From the NCBI RefSeq assembly GCF_013004595.1, contig NZ_JABEMC010000004.1:124001-188000 (forward strand): a stretch of 64,000 nt of DNA. Reading direction: 5' to 3'. The position numbers were made by a program, and so were the translations under genes. The notes beneath the pieces are model-generated. The model made no database searches and was not told the DNA's origin. It worked only from the letters and a program-made list of their open reading frames with translations. The DNA comes from Brevibacterium luteolum. Its GTDB lineage: Bacteria > Actinomycetota > Actinomycetes > Actinomycetales > Brevibacteriaceae. This document shows, one piece after another, positions 29,245-42,408 of the stretch; position 1 is the stretch's first letter; each line of letters starts with the position of its first letter.

Positions 29245-29388
29245 CGGCAGCGGTCTCCTTTCGTCCTGTCTGCCGTAACATTCCTTGCCGCCACTTTAGT
29301 CCCGGCTCCGGTGGTCGATGCCATTCAGCCGCGACGTGCCCGGCGTGGATGCTCGCTGTTGTCATTGCCTCGACCTACAGTGTGAAGT

Positions 29389-30003
29389 GTGATAGCCCCA
29401 TCACCGCTCAACCGGATCCCGCAGGCCTTCGCCCGCGCAGCCGATGTGCTGCGCTCACCGCGCGAGGATGCGCGCATCGAAGTCAGCGAGATCCCCGCCC
29501 CCTCGAAGCTGGCCCCCTACGCGATCGCCCTCGGTGCCGAGGTTCGTGCCGATGAGGCCTTCCAGGCGGCCACCGGCGAGGACATCGAGGAGCTGGCCAC
29601 CGGCCGGATCGTGCTGCTCTACGACCCCGCCCGCCCTGAGGAGTGGGATGGGGAGTTCCGGCTGGTGAGCTACATCCGCGCGGAGCTTGAGGCTGAGATG
29701 GGCAATGAGGCGATGCTCGGCCCGGTCGCCTGGTCATGGCTGACCGAGGCGCTGGAGACCCACGACTGCGAGATCGCCAAGGCAGGCGGCACCACAACGC
29801 GTGTGATGTCCGAGAGCTTCGGAACCCTGGCCGGCCGGCCGTGGACGGTCGATCTGGAGCTGCGCGCCTCCTGGACCCCGGTCGTTGAGGATACCGAGGA
29901 GATGGGCAACCACGTCGATGCCTGGATCGACCTCATCGGCATGGTCGCCGGTCTGCCCCCTGTTCCCGAAGGCGTGACTCCGCTGCCGGGGCGACGCCGG
30001 TGA
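29389..30003 (+). CDS. DUF3000 family protein
   Basis: IPAPSKLAP, LATGRIVLLYDP, VAWSWL, ELRASWTP; directly upstream of rnd. Confidence 0.88.
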   Translation: MIAPSPLNRIPQAFARAADVLRSPREDARIEVSEIPAPSKLAPYAIALGAEVRADEAFQAATGEDIEELATGRIVLLYDPARPEEWDGEFRLVSYIRAELEAEMGNEAMLGPVAWSWLTEALETHDCEIAKAGGTTTRVMSESFGTLAGRPWTVDLELRASWTPVVEDTEEMGNHVDAWIDLIGMVAGLPPVPEGVTPLPGRRR

Positions 30004-31211
30004 GCTCACGCCACGTCGACGAGAATCTGCCCCTGCTCGCCCGCCCTGCCGGCGGTGTTCCTGAGGTCATCGACACCACGACCTCCCTTGACGAGGTCGC
30101 CCATCTGCTGGCTTCGGGCACCGGACCGGTGGCTGTCGATGCCGAACGCGCTTCCGGCATCCGCTACGGGGATCGGGCGTTTCTCATCCAGCTTAAGCGC
30201 ACCGACAGTGGGATCGTGCTCATCGACCCCGAGGCGCTGCCGGACCTCAGGCAGGTCGATGCCGCGCTCAGCGGTGTCGAGTGGATCCTGCATGCTGCGA
30301 CCCAGGACCTGCCGTGCCTGGCCGATCGCGGGATGACGCCCTCGGCGCTGTTCGACACCGAGCTGGCCGCCCGGCTGCTCGGTGCCGAGCGTTTCGGGCT
30401 TGCCGCGCTGGTCGGCAATGAGCTCGGTGTGCGCCTGGCCAAGGAGCACTCCTATGTCGACTGGTCGAAGCGCCCTCTGCCCTTGGATTGGCTCAACTAT
30501 GCCGCCCTTGATGTCGAGGTGCTCATCGAGCTGCGCGAATCTCTGGCGCGCCAGCTGCGTGAGACCGGTAAGGACGAGTTCGCCCGGCAGGAGTTCGAGC
30601 ATCTGCTCGGTTTCCAGCGGCGCGTCCATGCCGAACCGTGGCGGCGGATCAGCGGTCTGGGAACGGTGAAGTCACGCCGCGCTCTCGCCCGGGCCCGGCA
30701 GCTGTGGCTCGACCGGGATGCGGCAGCCTCCAGCCGCGACATCGCACCGACCCGGCTGCTGCGCGATCGGCTGCTCGTGGCCCTGACGGATCCGAGGGTG
30801 CGCACGATCGATGACATCTACCGGCTGCCTGGTGGCAAGGAGCTCTCCGGACGGGCGGCGGCGAATGTGCTGCATTCCCTGCAGCGTGCCGATGCGCTGC
30901 CGGATTCTGAGCTGCCGCCGCGCCGTCAGCCGCAGCCCAAGACGGGTCCGCGCGCCGACCGGGAGGTCGCCAAGGCGCGATCGGAGAAGATGCGCGCTGC
31001 CGTGGGAGCTGTCGCAGATGAGCTGGAGATGCCCCATGACGTGCTGCTGACCCCGCGGATAGTGAAGTCGCTGGCGTCTGAGCGGGCGGTCGGCGATGTC
31101 ACCGATGTCGAAGCCTATCTGGCGGCCAACTCAGCTAGGCCGTGGCAGATCGAGCGCACCGCCGAGGTGCTCGCCGAGGCGGCACACGCAGCCGACAACG
31201 CCACCAGCTGA
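30000..31211 (+). CDS. rnd: Ribonuclease D-like 3'-5' exonuclease with HRDC domain
   Basis: VDAERASG, HAATQDLPCL, FDTELAARLLG, DWSKRPL, YAALDVE. Confidence 0.92.
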   Translation: MSSRHVDENLPLLARPAGGVPEVIDTTTSLDEVAHLLASGTGPVAVDAERASGIRYGDRAFLIQLKRTDSGIVLIDPEALPDLRQVDAALSGVEWILHAATQDLPCLADRGMTPSALFDTELAARLLGAERFGLAALVGNELGVRLAKEHSYVDWSKRPLPLDWLNYAALDVEVLIELRESLARQLRETGKDEFARQEFEHLLGFQRRVHAEPWRRISGLGTVKSRRALARARQLWLDRDAAASSRDIAPTRLLRDRLLVALTDPRVRTIDDIYRLPGGKELSGRAAANVLHSLQRADALPDSELPPRRQPQPKTGPRADREVAKARSEKMRAAVGAVADELEMPHDVLLTPRIVKSLASERAVGDVTDVEAYLAANSARPWQIERTAEVLAEAAHAADNATS

Positions 31212-31259
31212 GATCTGACTCAGCACAACCCGTCATCTGATGCGATGACGGCTGGTTCC

Positions 31260-33200
31260 TCACATGGCGCGGCGGCTGGCCCGATGGGCGCGCTCAGCCA
31301 GATGCGAGGGCAGCATGTGCAGAGTGTTGTCGAGCATGTCCGGCACCGACAGGCCGGCGTATTCGAGGATCTCCTCACGCGTGCCGTGCGGCAGGAACTC
31401 ATCGGGCACACCGAGTTCGACCACACCGGTGCGCGAATCCTCATCGCGCAGATCCTGGCGGATCTGCGAACCGATGCCGCCGATCTTCACACCGTCCTCG
31501 ACGACGGCGACGAGCGCATGGTCCTTGCCCATCGTCAGCACCGAATCCGGTACCGGCAGCACCCAGCGCGGGTCGATGACCGTCGCGCCGATCGCACGCT
31601 GCCGCAGCTCCTCGGCCAGCGCCAGGGCACGATCGGCCAGCGCGCCGACAGAGACGATAAGCACATCGCGATCAAGGCCGTCAGCGGGTTCGGCGAGGAT
31701 GTCGACACCGTCCTCGGTCCGCGACAGCGCCTCGATGTCGTTGCCGACCGAACCGCGGGAGAACCGCACGACGGTCGGGGCGTCTTCGATCGCGACTGCT
31801 TCGTTGAACTCCTCGACGAGCCGGGTGGCATCGCGCGGAGCGGCCAGCTGCAGGCCGGGCACGACCTGGAGCATCGCGATGTCCCAGATGCCGTGGTGGC
31901 TGGCACCGTCAGGGCCGGTGATGCCGGCGCGATTGAGGACGAAGGTGACTCCCTGCTTGTGCAGGGCCACATCCATGAGCAGCTGGTCGAAGGCGCGGTT
32001 GAGGAAGGTGGCATACAGGCACACGACCGGGTGCAGTCCGCCATAGGACAGTCCGGCGGCCGAGGCGACAGCGTGCTGTTCGGCGATGCCGACGTCGAAG
32101 ACACGCTCGGGGAACTCCTCGGCGAAGCGCTTGAGGCCGACCGGGATGAGCATGGCGGCAGTGATCGCGACGATGTCCTTGCGCTCACGAGCGATGCGGG
32201 TGATCTCGTCACCGAACACCGAGGTCCACGACGTCGACTTCGACGGCTGCGAGCGGCCGGTCTCGGCGTCGATGACGCCCACGGCATGGAACTGATCGTC
32301 CATATCGGCCATCGCCGGGGCGTACCCGTAGCCCTTCTGGGTCAGCGCGTGGACGATGACCGGACCCTGATCGTAGTCCTTGGCCTTGGCCAGGGCGCGT
32401 TCGAGGCTGTCGAGGTCGTGCCCGTCGACAGGGCCGACGTATTTGATGCCGAGTTCGTCGAACATACCGGTCTCTGCTGGGGCCATCATGTCTTTGAGGC
32501 CCTTCTTTATCCCGTGCATCGCCGAATAGGCGGCCCGGCCGGGAGGCCCGGACTGCTGCAGGCGCTCTTTGCCCCAGGAGAGGAACTTCTCGTACTGCGA
32601 TGAGGTGCGCAGCGAGTCGAGGTGTTCGGCGAAACCGCCGACGGTCGGGGCGTAGGAGCGGCCGTTGTCGTTGACGACGATGATGAGCTTGCGCGGCGGA
32701 TGGGACTTATCGGCCGCGATCGTATTCAGCGCCTCCCAGGCCATGCCGCCGGTCAGTGCACCGTCGCCGATGACGGTGACGACGTGCCGGTCCTGCTCCC
32801 CTGTCAGCTGACGGGCCTTGGCGATGCCGTCTGCCCAGGACAGGGAGCTGGAGGCGTGCGAGTTCTCGATGACGTCGTGTTCGGATTCGGCTCGGGAGGG
32901 GTAGCCGGAGATGCCGCCGCGCTGGCGCAGTGTGGAGAACTCCGGGTAGCGGCCGGTGAGCAGTTTGTGGACGTAGCTCTGATGGCCGACGTCGAAGAGG
33001 ATCGTGTCACGCGGGGACTCGAATACCCGGTGGATCGCGGTGGTCAGCTCGACGACGCCGAGATTGGGGCCGAGGTGGCCTCCGGTCTGCGCCACGGTGG
33101 TGATGAGGCAGTCACGGATCTCCTTCGTCAGCACCTGACACTCGGCGGCGCTGAGCTGTCTGACGTCCGCTGGCGAAGTGATGTTCTCCAGGAAGGTCAT
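31260..33200 (-). CDS. dxs: 1-deoxy-D-xylulose-5-phosphate synthase
   Basis: [46 protein letters not shown]. Confidence 0.97.
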   Translation of the reverse strand: MTFLENITSPADVRQLSAAECQVLTKEIRDCLITTVAQTGGHLGPNLGVVELTTAIHRVFESPRDTILFDVGHQSYVHKLLTGRYPEFSTLRQRGGISGYPSRAESEHDVIENSHASSSLSWADGIAKARQLTGEQDRHVVTVIGDGALTGGMAWEALNTIAADKSHPPRKLIIVVNDNGRSYAPTVGGFAEHLDSLRTSSQYEKFLSWGKERLQQSGPPGRAAYSAMHGIKKGLKDMMAPAETGMFDELGIKYVGPVDGHDLDSLERALAKAKDYDQGPVIVHALTQKGYGYAPAMADMDDQFHAVGVIDAETGRSQPSKSTSWTSVFGDEITRIARERKDIVAITAAMLIPVGLKRFAEEFPERVFDVGIAEQHAVASAAGLSYGGLHPVVCLYATFLNRAFDQLLMDVALHKQGVTFVLNRAGITGPDGASHHGIWDIAMLQVVPGLQLAAPRDATRLVEEFNEAVAIEDAPTVVRFSRGSVGNDIEALSRTEDGVDILAEPADGLDRDVLIVSVGALADRALALAEELRQRAIGATVIDPRWVLPVPDSVLTMGKDHALVAVVEDGVKIGGIGSQIRQDLRDEDSRTGVVELGVPDEFLPHGTREEILEYAGLSVPDMLDNTLHMLPSHLAERAHRASRRAM

Positions 33201-33337
33201 ACGGTTGTCGGCTCCTTTACGCTGCTCCTCATCGGCAGCTGACACACATGCGTCATATCCGATTTCATACGGTCAGAACGTCAAGTCTACTCTTTTGGAC
33301 GCTCGTATCCAGGTGGACACGGGACGCGTTCACACAG

Positions 33338-33371
33338 AACGGCCGGAGCACCTGGTGGTGCTCCGGCCGTT
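33338..33371 (-). terminator. Hairpin downstream of acnA
   Basis: AACGGCCGGAGCACC-tggt-GGTGCTCCGGCCGTT, 15-bp perfect stem. Confidence 0.8.
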
Positions 33372-33430
33372 GCTGTGCCGGTTCAAGCGCTGCAGGTCAG
33401 GCCCGCTGCACTGTCACCCTGCCATTGTCG

Positions 33431-36115
<2,685 letters not shown>

Positions 36116-36210
36116 CGTGACTCTCCTCTTCCGTGGCACACGACTTGATGATGCGCGGCGAGCCGCACGGACTGGCCCGCCACGTGATTACGTCACAGAA
36201 CTGTGCCGTA

Positions 36211-36234
36211 ATTTATCTTGATATCAAGATAAAT
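36211..36234. promoter_or_regulatory. Perfect 24-bp palindrome upstream of acnA (TamR-like MarR operator)
   Basis: ATTTATCTTGATATCAAGATAAAT is its own reverse complement. Confidence 0.75.
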
Positions 36235-36289
36235 CTTACCGCATCCGCACACGCGTTTCCACCAGCTCGGAGGCTTTCCGGACACCTGC

Positions 36290-37684
36290 TCACCGGGTGA
36301 AGACGGAGACGAATTCGGCGTGCGCGGTCAGCGGGAACAGGTCGAATCCGCGGCAGCTGGCCAGTGTGAACCCGCCGGCGGTCAGCGCCCGGGCGTCGCG
36401 GGCGAAGGTGCCGGCGTCACAGGAGACGTAGACGATCCGTTCCGCGCCCGAGGCGGTCAGCGCCTCGGTCACGGCAGGTCCGGCCCCGGCCCGGGGCGGG
36501 TCGAGGACGATGACGTCGGCGGCGGGCAGTTCGCGCAGCCGGTCGATGCGGGCGACACCGAAATCCGCGTCGAGGTCAGCGGCGTTGGCGCGGGCGGCGG
36601 CGATCGCCTCGGGAGCGCCCTCCAGGCCGGTGACCGGGACGTCGTGGGCTGCGCCGACAGCGCAGGCGAGCAGGCCGGCGCCGCAGTACAGGTCGAGCAC
36701 CCGGCTGGCGCCGGCGGCAGCCTCGACGACCTGACCGGCGAGCACGGCTGCGGCATCGACGTGGACCTGCCAGAACCCATCGGCGCGCAGCCGGAAGTCC
36801 CGTTCCAGCGTCCCGCCGGGTGTGTCGAGGTGGAGGCGCTCAGTGACCTCGCCGGCGCCGGTGAGCACGTCCAGGCGGCTGCTGCCACCGCGGTTGCGGG
36901 CCGCCTTGCTGCCGCGCCGGCCGCCGCGACGGGCCGGTTGGCTGCTGCGGTGCAGCAGGGACCACTGTCCGTCCTGCTCCCCCAGCCGGGCGGTGACCGT
37001 CTCGACGACGCCGGGGTCGAGTGCGGCACCGGGCCGGGTGTGCAGGACGACCGCGCCCGAGGTGTGCGCTGCGGTGAGTTCGATGCGCTCGAGTCCCGGC
37101 AGGCGCAGCGTGTGAAGTCCGAGGTCGTTGAGCACCGGTGCGGCCAGCGGCACGGTGTCGACGGGGATGACGGTGTGGGAGCCGGCCGCCCGCATGCCCG
37201 GTGTTCCTGCGGCGTCGACGGCCAGCTGCACGCGGGTCCGCCATATGGTTCCGGCAGTAGTGGCCGCCGCGTGTGGATCAGCGGCTTCGGCTGCCTGTTC
37301 ACTCGGGGCTGCCGCGATGCTCAGCCCGGTGTCCTCAAGCCCGCCGAGGCGGGCGAGCTGCTCGGCGGCGGCATCGGTCTTGAGCTGCCGTGAGTGGGGC
37401 AGGTCGACGTGGGCGAACTCAACGCCGCCGACCCCGGCGGCACCCCAGGCCTGCCGGCGGTCGGGAACCCGGTGCGGGCTGGGCTGGAGCACCTCGGTGG
37501 TGCGGGCGTAGGCCATGCGCTTCTTGACTTGAGTGAGTTCGGCACGGACCCGCTCGCCGGGGATGGCACCGGAGATGAAGACGACCCGGCCGTCGTGGCG
37601 GGCCAGCCCGTAGCCCTCCCCCACCTGCTTGTCGACGGTGAGCTCGACTGCATCGCCGGCCACCGCCTCGGGCGCGGGCCTCAT
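36290..37684 (-). CDS. TRAM-domain class I SAM-dependent RNA (uracil-5) methyltransferase, TrmA/RlmD family
   Basis: GRVVFISGAIPGE, GFWQVH, LDLYCGAG, LDPPRAG, YVSCD, DLFPLTAHAE. Confidence 0.9.
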   Translation of the reverse strand: MRPAPEAVAGDAVELTVDKQVGEGYGLARHDGRVVFISGAIPGERVRAELTQVKKRMAYARTTEVLQPSPHRVPDRRQAWGAAGVGGVEFAHVDLPHSRQLKTDAAAEQLARLGGLEDTGLSIAAAPSEQAAEAADPHAAATTAGTIWRTRVQLAVDAAGTPGMRAAGSHTVIPVDTVPLAAPVLNDLGLHTLRLPGLERIELTAAHTSGAVVLHTRPGAALDPGVVETVTARLGEQDGQWSLLHRSSQPARRGGRRGSKAARNRGGSSRLDVLTGAGEVTERLHLDTPGGTLERDFRLRADGFWQVHVDAAAVLAGQVVEAAAGASRVLDLYCGAGLLACAVGAAHDVPVTGLEGAPEAIAAARANAADLDADFGVARIDRLRELPAADVIVLDPPRAGAGPAVTEALTASGAERIVYVSCDAGTFARDARALTAGGFTLASCRGFDLFPLTAHAEFVSVFTR

Positions 37685-39705
37685 CACTGCTCCCGGCCGA
37701 TGACGTCGTGGTCGATGTCGCCGACCCGGCGGATGAGGACGTCCTGGTTGCGGGTGAAGGAGCGCAGCCGCCAGGGCACGATCGAGACGACGACATTGGG
37801 CACGATGAGCAGCCGCGACTTCAGCCGCAGCACCGTCTGGTTGTGCAGGATGTTCTCCCAGCGGCGGCCGACGATGTACTGCGGGATGTAGACGTCGATG
37901 AGGTCGTTGGGGTGGTGCCGGCGCATGTCGGCGATGTGGTTCATGACCGGGCGGACGAGTTCGCGATACGGCGAGTCGAGGATCGTCAGCGGCACCGGCA
38001 GGCCCATCTCGTCCCATTCGCGCTGCAGCGCCTCGGCGGCATCCTCGTCGACGGCGACGGTGATCGCCTGCACCGAGGTCGGGCGGCTGGCCCTCGCATA
38101 GCTGAGCGCGCGCAGTGCCGGCTTGTGGATCTGGGTGATGATGACGACCGCGCGGGTGTTCGGCGGCAGGGTGGTGTCCGAGGCGTCCTCTTCGGGGGCG
38201 AGTTCGGAGGCGACACGGCCGTAGTGGCGGTGGATGAGGCCCATGAGCGCGTAGAGCACGGCGATCGCGGCGACGGCGATCCAGGCGCCGCCGGCGAACT
38301 TCGTGATGATGACGACGACGAGGACGACGGTGACGAGGACGAATCCGACGGTGTTGATGATGCGGTTGGCCTGCATCCGCCGGCGCGTCGGGGAGGTGAC
38401 CATCGTGCGGATCCGGTCGGTCCAGTGCCGGATCATGCCCAGCTGGCCGAGGCTGAAGGCGAAGAACACGCCGACGAGATAGAGCTCGATGAGGTCGGGC
38501 ACCCGGGCGCGGAAGGCGACGACGAGGACGATCGCAGCCCCGGAGAGCAGCAGGATGCCGTTGGAGAAGGTCAGCCGGTCACCGCGGGTAGCCAGCTGGC
38601 GGGGCAGGAAGCTGTCTCGGGCCAGCCGCGAGGCCAGCCCGGGGAATCCCTCGACGGCGGTGTTGGCTGCCGCCATGAGCACAAGCGCTGCCACTGCGGC
38701 CACGATCGAGGGCAGCACGGGCACGTTGTCGAACACGGCGTGGGCGAGCTGGCCGAGAACCGGGTCCTGGACGTAGTCGGCGCTGATGGGGGTGCCGGCC
38801 CGGTTGAGCAGGTAGATGTGGGGTTCGGCGACGAATTTGATGCCGATGACCGAGGACAGCCAGGTGATGCCGATGAGCATCGTGGCCGACAGCGCACCGG
38901 TCAGCAGCAGGGTGCGGCCGGCATTGTGCCCGCGCGGGGAGGTGAAGCGGGGCACGGCGGTGGCGACGGTCTGCACACCTGCCAGGGCGACCGAACCGGA
39001 GGTGAAGGCACGCAGCACGATGAACACGGCAGCCAGCCCGAACAGCGGCGTGTCGAAGTCCGTCCGCGGCAGCACCCAGTAGTCACTCGTGACAGCGATC
39101 GGCGTGTCGCCGGTGAGGACCCGGTAGGCGCCGACGATGAGGGTGAGGAAGACTGCGGCGAGGAAAAGGTAGGTTGGGATCGCCAGCAGCTTCGGGGCGG
39201 TGCGGGTTCCGCGCAGGGCCAGCACGGTGACGACGAAGATGCCGATGACGGAGACGATGACCCGGTGCGGTTTGAGCTCCGGGACGATCGAGCCGACGTA
39301 GGAGGCGAACATCGTCATCGACACCGCCAGGGTCAGTACATAGTCGATGAGCAGGGAGGCCGCGACTGCCCGGCCGGCGCGCACCCCGAGGTTCTTGCCG
39401 GCGACCTCGTAGTCGCCTCCCCCGCCAGGGTAGGCGCGCAGATTCAGCCGGTAGCACCAGACGATGACGAGGATGACGACACCGACGGCCAGGCCGATCC
39501 ACGGCGAGACGGTCAGGGCGACGAGCCCGGAGAGCGAGAGGGCCAGCAGGATCTCGTCAGGCGCGTAGGCCACCGATGACAGCATGTCGGAGGCGAAGAC
39601 CGGCATCGCCAGGCGCTTGCGCAGCGGCACCGGCCTGCGCCGGTCACTGCGGAAGGGCCGTCCAACGAGTAGTCTTTTGACGGCAGACGAAAAATTACGT
39701 GCCAC
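37684..39705 (-). CDS. APC family permease (KimA/YdaO-like)
   Basis: SDMLSSVAYAPDE, YPGGGGDYEVA, DYVLT, SPYREL, LHNQ. Confidence 0.88.
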   Translation of the reverse strand: MARNFSSAVKRLLVGRPFRSDRRRPVPLRKRLAMPVFASDMLSSVAYAPDEILLALSLSGLVALTVSPWIGLAVGVVILVIVWCYRLNLRAYPGGGGDYEVAGKNLGVRAGRAVAASLLIDYVLTLAVSMTMFASYVGSIVPELKPHRVIVSVIGIFVVTVLALRGTRTAPKLLAIPTYLFLAAVFLTLIVGAYRVLTGDTPIAVTSDYWVLPRTDFDTPLFGLAAVFIVLRAFTSGSVALAGVQTVATAVPRFTSPRGHNAGRTLLLTGALSATMLIGITWLSSVIGIKFVAEPHIYLLNRAGTPISADYVQDPVLGQLAHAVFDNVPVLPSIVAAVAALVLMAAANTAVEGFPGLASRLARDSFLPRQLATRGDRLTFSNGILLLSGAAIVLVVAFRARVPDLIELYLVGVFFAFSLGQLGMIRHWTDRIRTMVTSPTRRRMQANRIINTVGFVLVTVVLVVVIITKFAGGAWIAVAAIAVLYALMGLIHRHYGRVASELAPEEDASDTTLPPNTRAVVIITQIHKPALRALSYARASRPTSVQAITVAVDEDAAEALQREWDEMGLPVPLTILDSPYRELVRPVMNHIADMRRHHPNDLIDVYIPQYIVGRRWENILHNQTVLRLKSRLLIVPNVVVSIVPWRLRSFTRNQDVLIRRVGDIDHDVIGREQ

Positions 39706-39770
39706 GTGCTCAATCGTAGAGCACGGCCGGGCTGGGAGGGCACGGCTGCAGGCGCAGGAAGAGGTCAGGG

Positions 39771-40442
39771 ATGCACTTCGTCGTCATGGGATGCGGACGC
39801 GTCGGCGCCTCGCTCGCGCGCGCCCTCGACGCCAGCGGCCACACCGTCGCCGTCGTCGACCGCGACCCCGATTCCTTCCGCGCGCTCGGCCGCGACTTCT
39901 CCGGTTCGACGATCACCGGCCTCGGCTTCGACCGCGACACGCTCGAGCGTGCCCGCACCGGCGAGGCCTACGCCTTCGCGGCGGTCTCCAGCGGCGACAA
40001 CTCCAACATCCTCGCCGCGCGGGTGGCGCGTGAGACCTTCGGGGTGCGCAATGTCGCCGCCCGGATCTACGATCCGCTGCGCGCCCAGGTGTTCGAGCGC
40101 CTCGGGATCCCGACGGTGGCCACGGTGCGCTGGACGGCCGACCGGATGATGCGCAAGCTCATTCCGCAGGGCGCGGCCGCGGAGTTCCGCGACCCCTCGG
40201 GCCGGATGGTGCTCGCCGAGGTGCACCTGCACCCGGACTGGATCGCCCGCCCCGTCGCCGAGGTGGAGGAGGCGATCCCTGGTCGAGTCGCCTACATCAC
40301 GCGGCTGGGTGAGGGGATGCTGGCGCGTCCGGAGACCCTCATCCAGGACGGGGACCTTGTGCACATCATGTGCGAGCACGCAGTCCTCGACCGTGTCACG
40401 CAGATTCTCGACGAGCCGATCACCGAGGAGGAAGAAGAGTGA
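39771..40442 (+). CDS. trkA: TrkA family potassium uptake regulatory protein (CeoB-like)
   Basis: MGCGRVG, GDNSNI, ARIYDP. Confidence 0.9.
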   Translation: MHFVVMGCGRVGASLARALDASGHTVAVVDRDPDSFRALGRDFSGSTITGLGFDRDTLERARTGEAYAFAAVSSGDNSNILAARVARETFGVRNVAARIYDPLRAQVFERLGIPTVATVRWTADRMMRKLIPQGAAAEFRDPSGRMVLAEVHLHPDWIARPVAEVEEAIPGRVAYITRLGEGMLARPETLIQDGDLVHIMCEHAVLDRVTQILDEPITEEEEE

Positions 40443-41143
40443 AGATCCTCATCGCCGGAGCCGGCTCAGTCGGCCGTTCGGTCGCCCGGGAGCTGCTCGA
40501 CAACGGTCATGACGTGCTGCTCGTCGACAAGAACAAGGACGCCGTGCGCCACGACAAGGTGCCCGGTGCCTCGTGGCTGCTCACCGATGCCTGCGAGCTC
40601 AACGGCCTGGCAGAGGCCGGGCTGGAGGAGACTGATGTCGTCGTCGCGGCCACCGGTGATGACAAGACGAATCTCGTGCTCAGCCTGATCGCGAAGATGG
40701 AGTTCGGGGTCCCGCGCACGATCGGGCGGGTGAACAACCCGCGCAATGAGTGGCTGTTCGACTCGAACTGGGGCGTCGATGTCGCCGTATCGACCCCGCG
40801 GCTCATGACCGCACTCGTTGAGGAGGCCGTCGAGGTCGGCGGCCTCGTCCACCTCATGAGCTTCGAGCGCGGGCAGGCCACGCTCATGGAGTTCACCGTG
40901 CACGAGAAGTCGGCGGCGGTCGGCAAGCGGATCGGGGCGATCTCCTGGCCGCCGGACACCGCACTGGTGGCGATCGTGCGCAATGAGAAGGCCTTCGCCC
41001 CGTCGTTTGACGATGTCGTCGATGACGGCGATGAGCTGTTCTTCATCACCTCACCGGATCAGCACGACCGTCTGCAGAATCTGCTGCGCACCGATGACGG
41101 CCACACCGATGAGCGCGAGACGGCTGAGGATCAGTCCGACTGA
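40439..41143 (+). CDS. trkA: TrkA family protein (CeoC-like)
   Basis: GTGA overlap; IAGAGSVG, TGDDKTNL, WGVDVAVSTP, C-terminal RCK_C. Confidence 0.9.
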   Translation: MKILIAGAGSVGRSVARELLDNGHDVLLVDKNKDAVRHDKVPGASWLLTDACELNGLAEAGLEETDVVVAATGDDKTNLVLSLIAKMEFGVPRTIGRVNNPRNEWLFDSNWGVDVAVSTPRLMTALVEEAVEVGGLVHLMSFERGQATLMEFTVHEKSAAVGKRIGAISWPPDTALVAIVRNEKAFAPSFDDVVDDGDELFFITSPDQHDRLQNLLRTDDGHTDERETAEDQSD

Positions 41144-41499
41144 GTGTCGATGAGCTCGTAGCGCGGATTGAGCGCTGTCAGCACCGTCGAGTCGCTGAGG
41201 GTGAAGCAGCCGGTCAGCAGCAGGGTGCGTCCGGCGGTGATGCCGGGGATGTCGCGCATGCCCAGGAAGCGGGCATGGACGATCCCGGTGCCGTCGGAGA
41301 CGCTGATGTCCAGGCGCGGGCTGGACTGCGGCACAGACCGGGTGAGTGCGACGACGACCCCGCCGACGGTCACCTCACGGCGCGCGGTGATCTCAGCGAT
41401 CGGGGTCGTGCCCTCCAGTTGGGACAGCCGGCGGTGGACGTCCTCGGCGTCAGTCGAGTCCGTTGAGCCGAATCGTTCGAGGAAGCGCGTGAGCAGCAT
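41131..41499 (-). CDS. OB-fold nucleic-acid-binding protein (RecG wedge-like)
   Basis: SDGTG..ARFLGMRDIPGI..G, NPRYEL; conserved position after DUF3710. Confidence 0.8.
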   Translation of the reverse strand: MLLTRFLERFGSTDSTDAEDVHRRLSQLEGTTPIAEITARREVTVGGVVVALTRSVPQSSPRLDISVSDGTGIVHARFLGMRDIPGITAGRTLLLTGCFTLSDSTVLTALNPRYELIDTQSD

Positions 41500-41511
41500 G
41501 GGCGTGGGAGG

Positions 41512-42360
41512 TCAGCGGACTTCCGTGATCTCGGGGCCGCGTTCGAAGGGATTGATGTCGTCCTTCTTCTCGGCTTCCTCGGCTGAGTCTTCGGCCTTCT
41601 GCATCTGCGGTGCGGTCAGCGGCAGCAGCTCGCGCGGCGGCATCGGCTCGGTGCCGCGGTGGACGACGATGTTGCGGAACTGCTCGACGAACAGTGCACG
41701 CACCTCCTCATCGTCGATCGCCTTGCCGGAGAACACGCCGCGGATGAACCAGCGCGGTCCGTCGACGCCGGCGAACCGGGCGATGCGCAGTCCCTTGCGG
41801 CCATCGGGTGCGGTGGCCGGGATGCGGGTGAGCAGCTCACGGCCGAGTTCGGTGTAGAGCTCATCGGTCTGCCCGCCGCGCTGGCTGATGTTGTCCTCGA
41901 TCTGGCCGCGCACGGAGTTCCACACGCCTTCGGAGGTGGGTGCGGCGAAGACCTGCAGCTGCAGGGCGCCGCCGCTGTGCTGGATCGTCACGGCGACGAT
42001 CTTGTTGGTCTTCTCCTCAGCGTCCAGGCGCATCTGCATGCCGTCGCGCACCGGCACCTGGAGGGCGCCGAGGTCGATGCGGTGGACGTCGGGGAACTCC
42101 TCTTCCGAGTCGAAGGGGCCCTTCTCATCGCGGTCGAGCGGAGCGGCCTTGGCGAACTCCTCGTCTTCGTCGTCGTCATCCTCGGCTGCTTCGGCTGCGG
42201 CGAAGGGGCCTTCCGGCTCGTCGCTGTCGTCAGAGCTGTCGGCGACGGTGGGCTCGTCGTCTGCGACGTCGTCGTCGGTGACGGTCTCAGCGGTGGTGTC
42301 GAGTTCCTCGTCGGTGTCGTCGCTGCGCTTCTTCTTGGAGAAAATGTCGAACAGTCCCAT
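41512..42360 (-). CDS. DUF3710 domain protein
   Basis: GPFD, IDLGAL, FAAP..G.W, GVDGPRWFIRGV, GPEITEVR. Confidence 0.88.
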   Translation of the reverse strand: MGLFDIFSKKKRSDDTDEELDTTAETVTDDDVADDEPTVADSSDDSDEPEGPFAAAEAAEDDDDEDEEFAKAAPLDRDEKGPFDSEEEFPDVHRIDLGALQVPVRDGMQMRLDAEEKTNKIVAVTIQHSGGALQLQVFAAPTSEGVWNSVRGQIEDNISQRGGQTDELYTELGRELLTRIPATAPDGRKGLRIARFAGVDGPRWFIRGVFSGKAIDDEEVRALFVEQFRNIVVHRGTEPMPPRELLPLTAPQMQKAEDSAEEAEKKDDINPFERGPEITEVR

Positions 42361-42408
42361 GGTTCCTTCCTCAGCGGATGGTCGTCGGTGTAGTCCTCTG
42401 ACGGATGG

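Noticed and set aside
33201..33300. Possible TPP or other riboswitch upstream of dxs
   Set aside because: No conserved aptamer motifs; only weak pairing
36183..36197. CRP/GlxR-like site CGTGA-ttacg-TCACA upstream of acnA
   Set aside because: Spacer is 5 nt rather than the required 6
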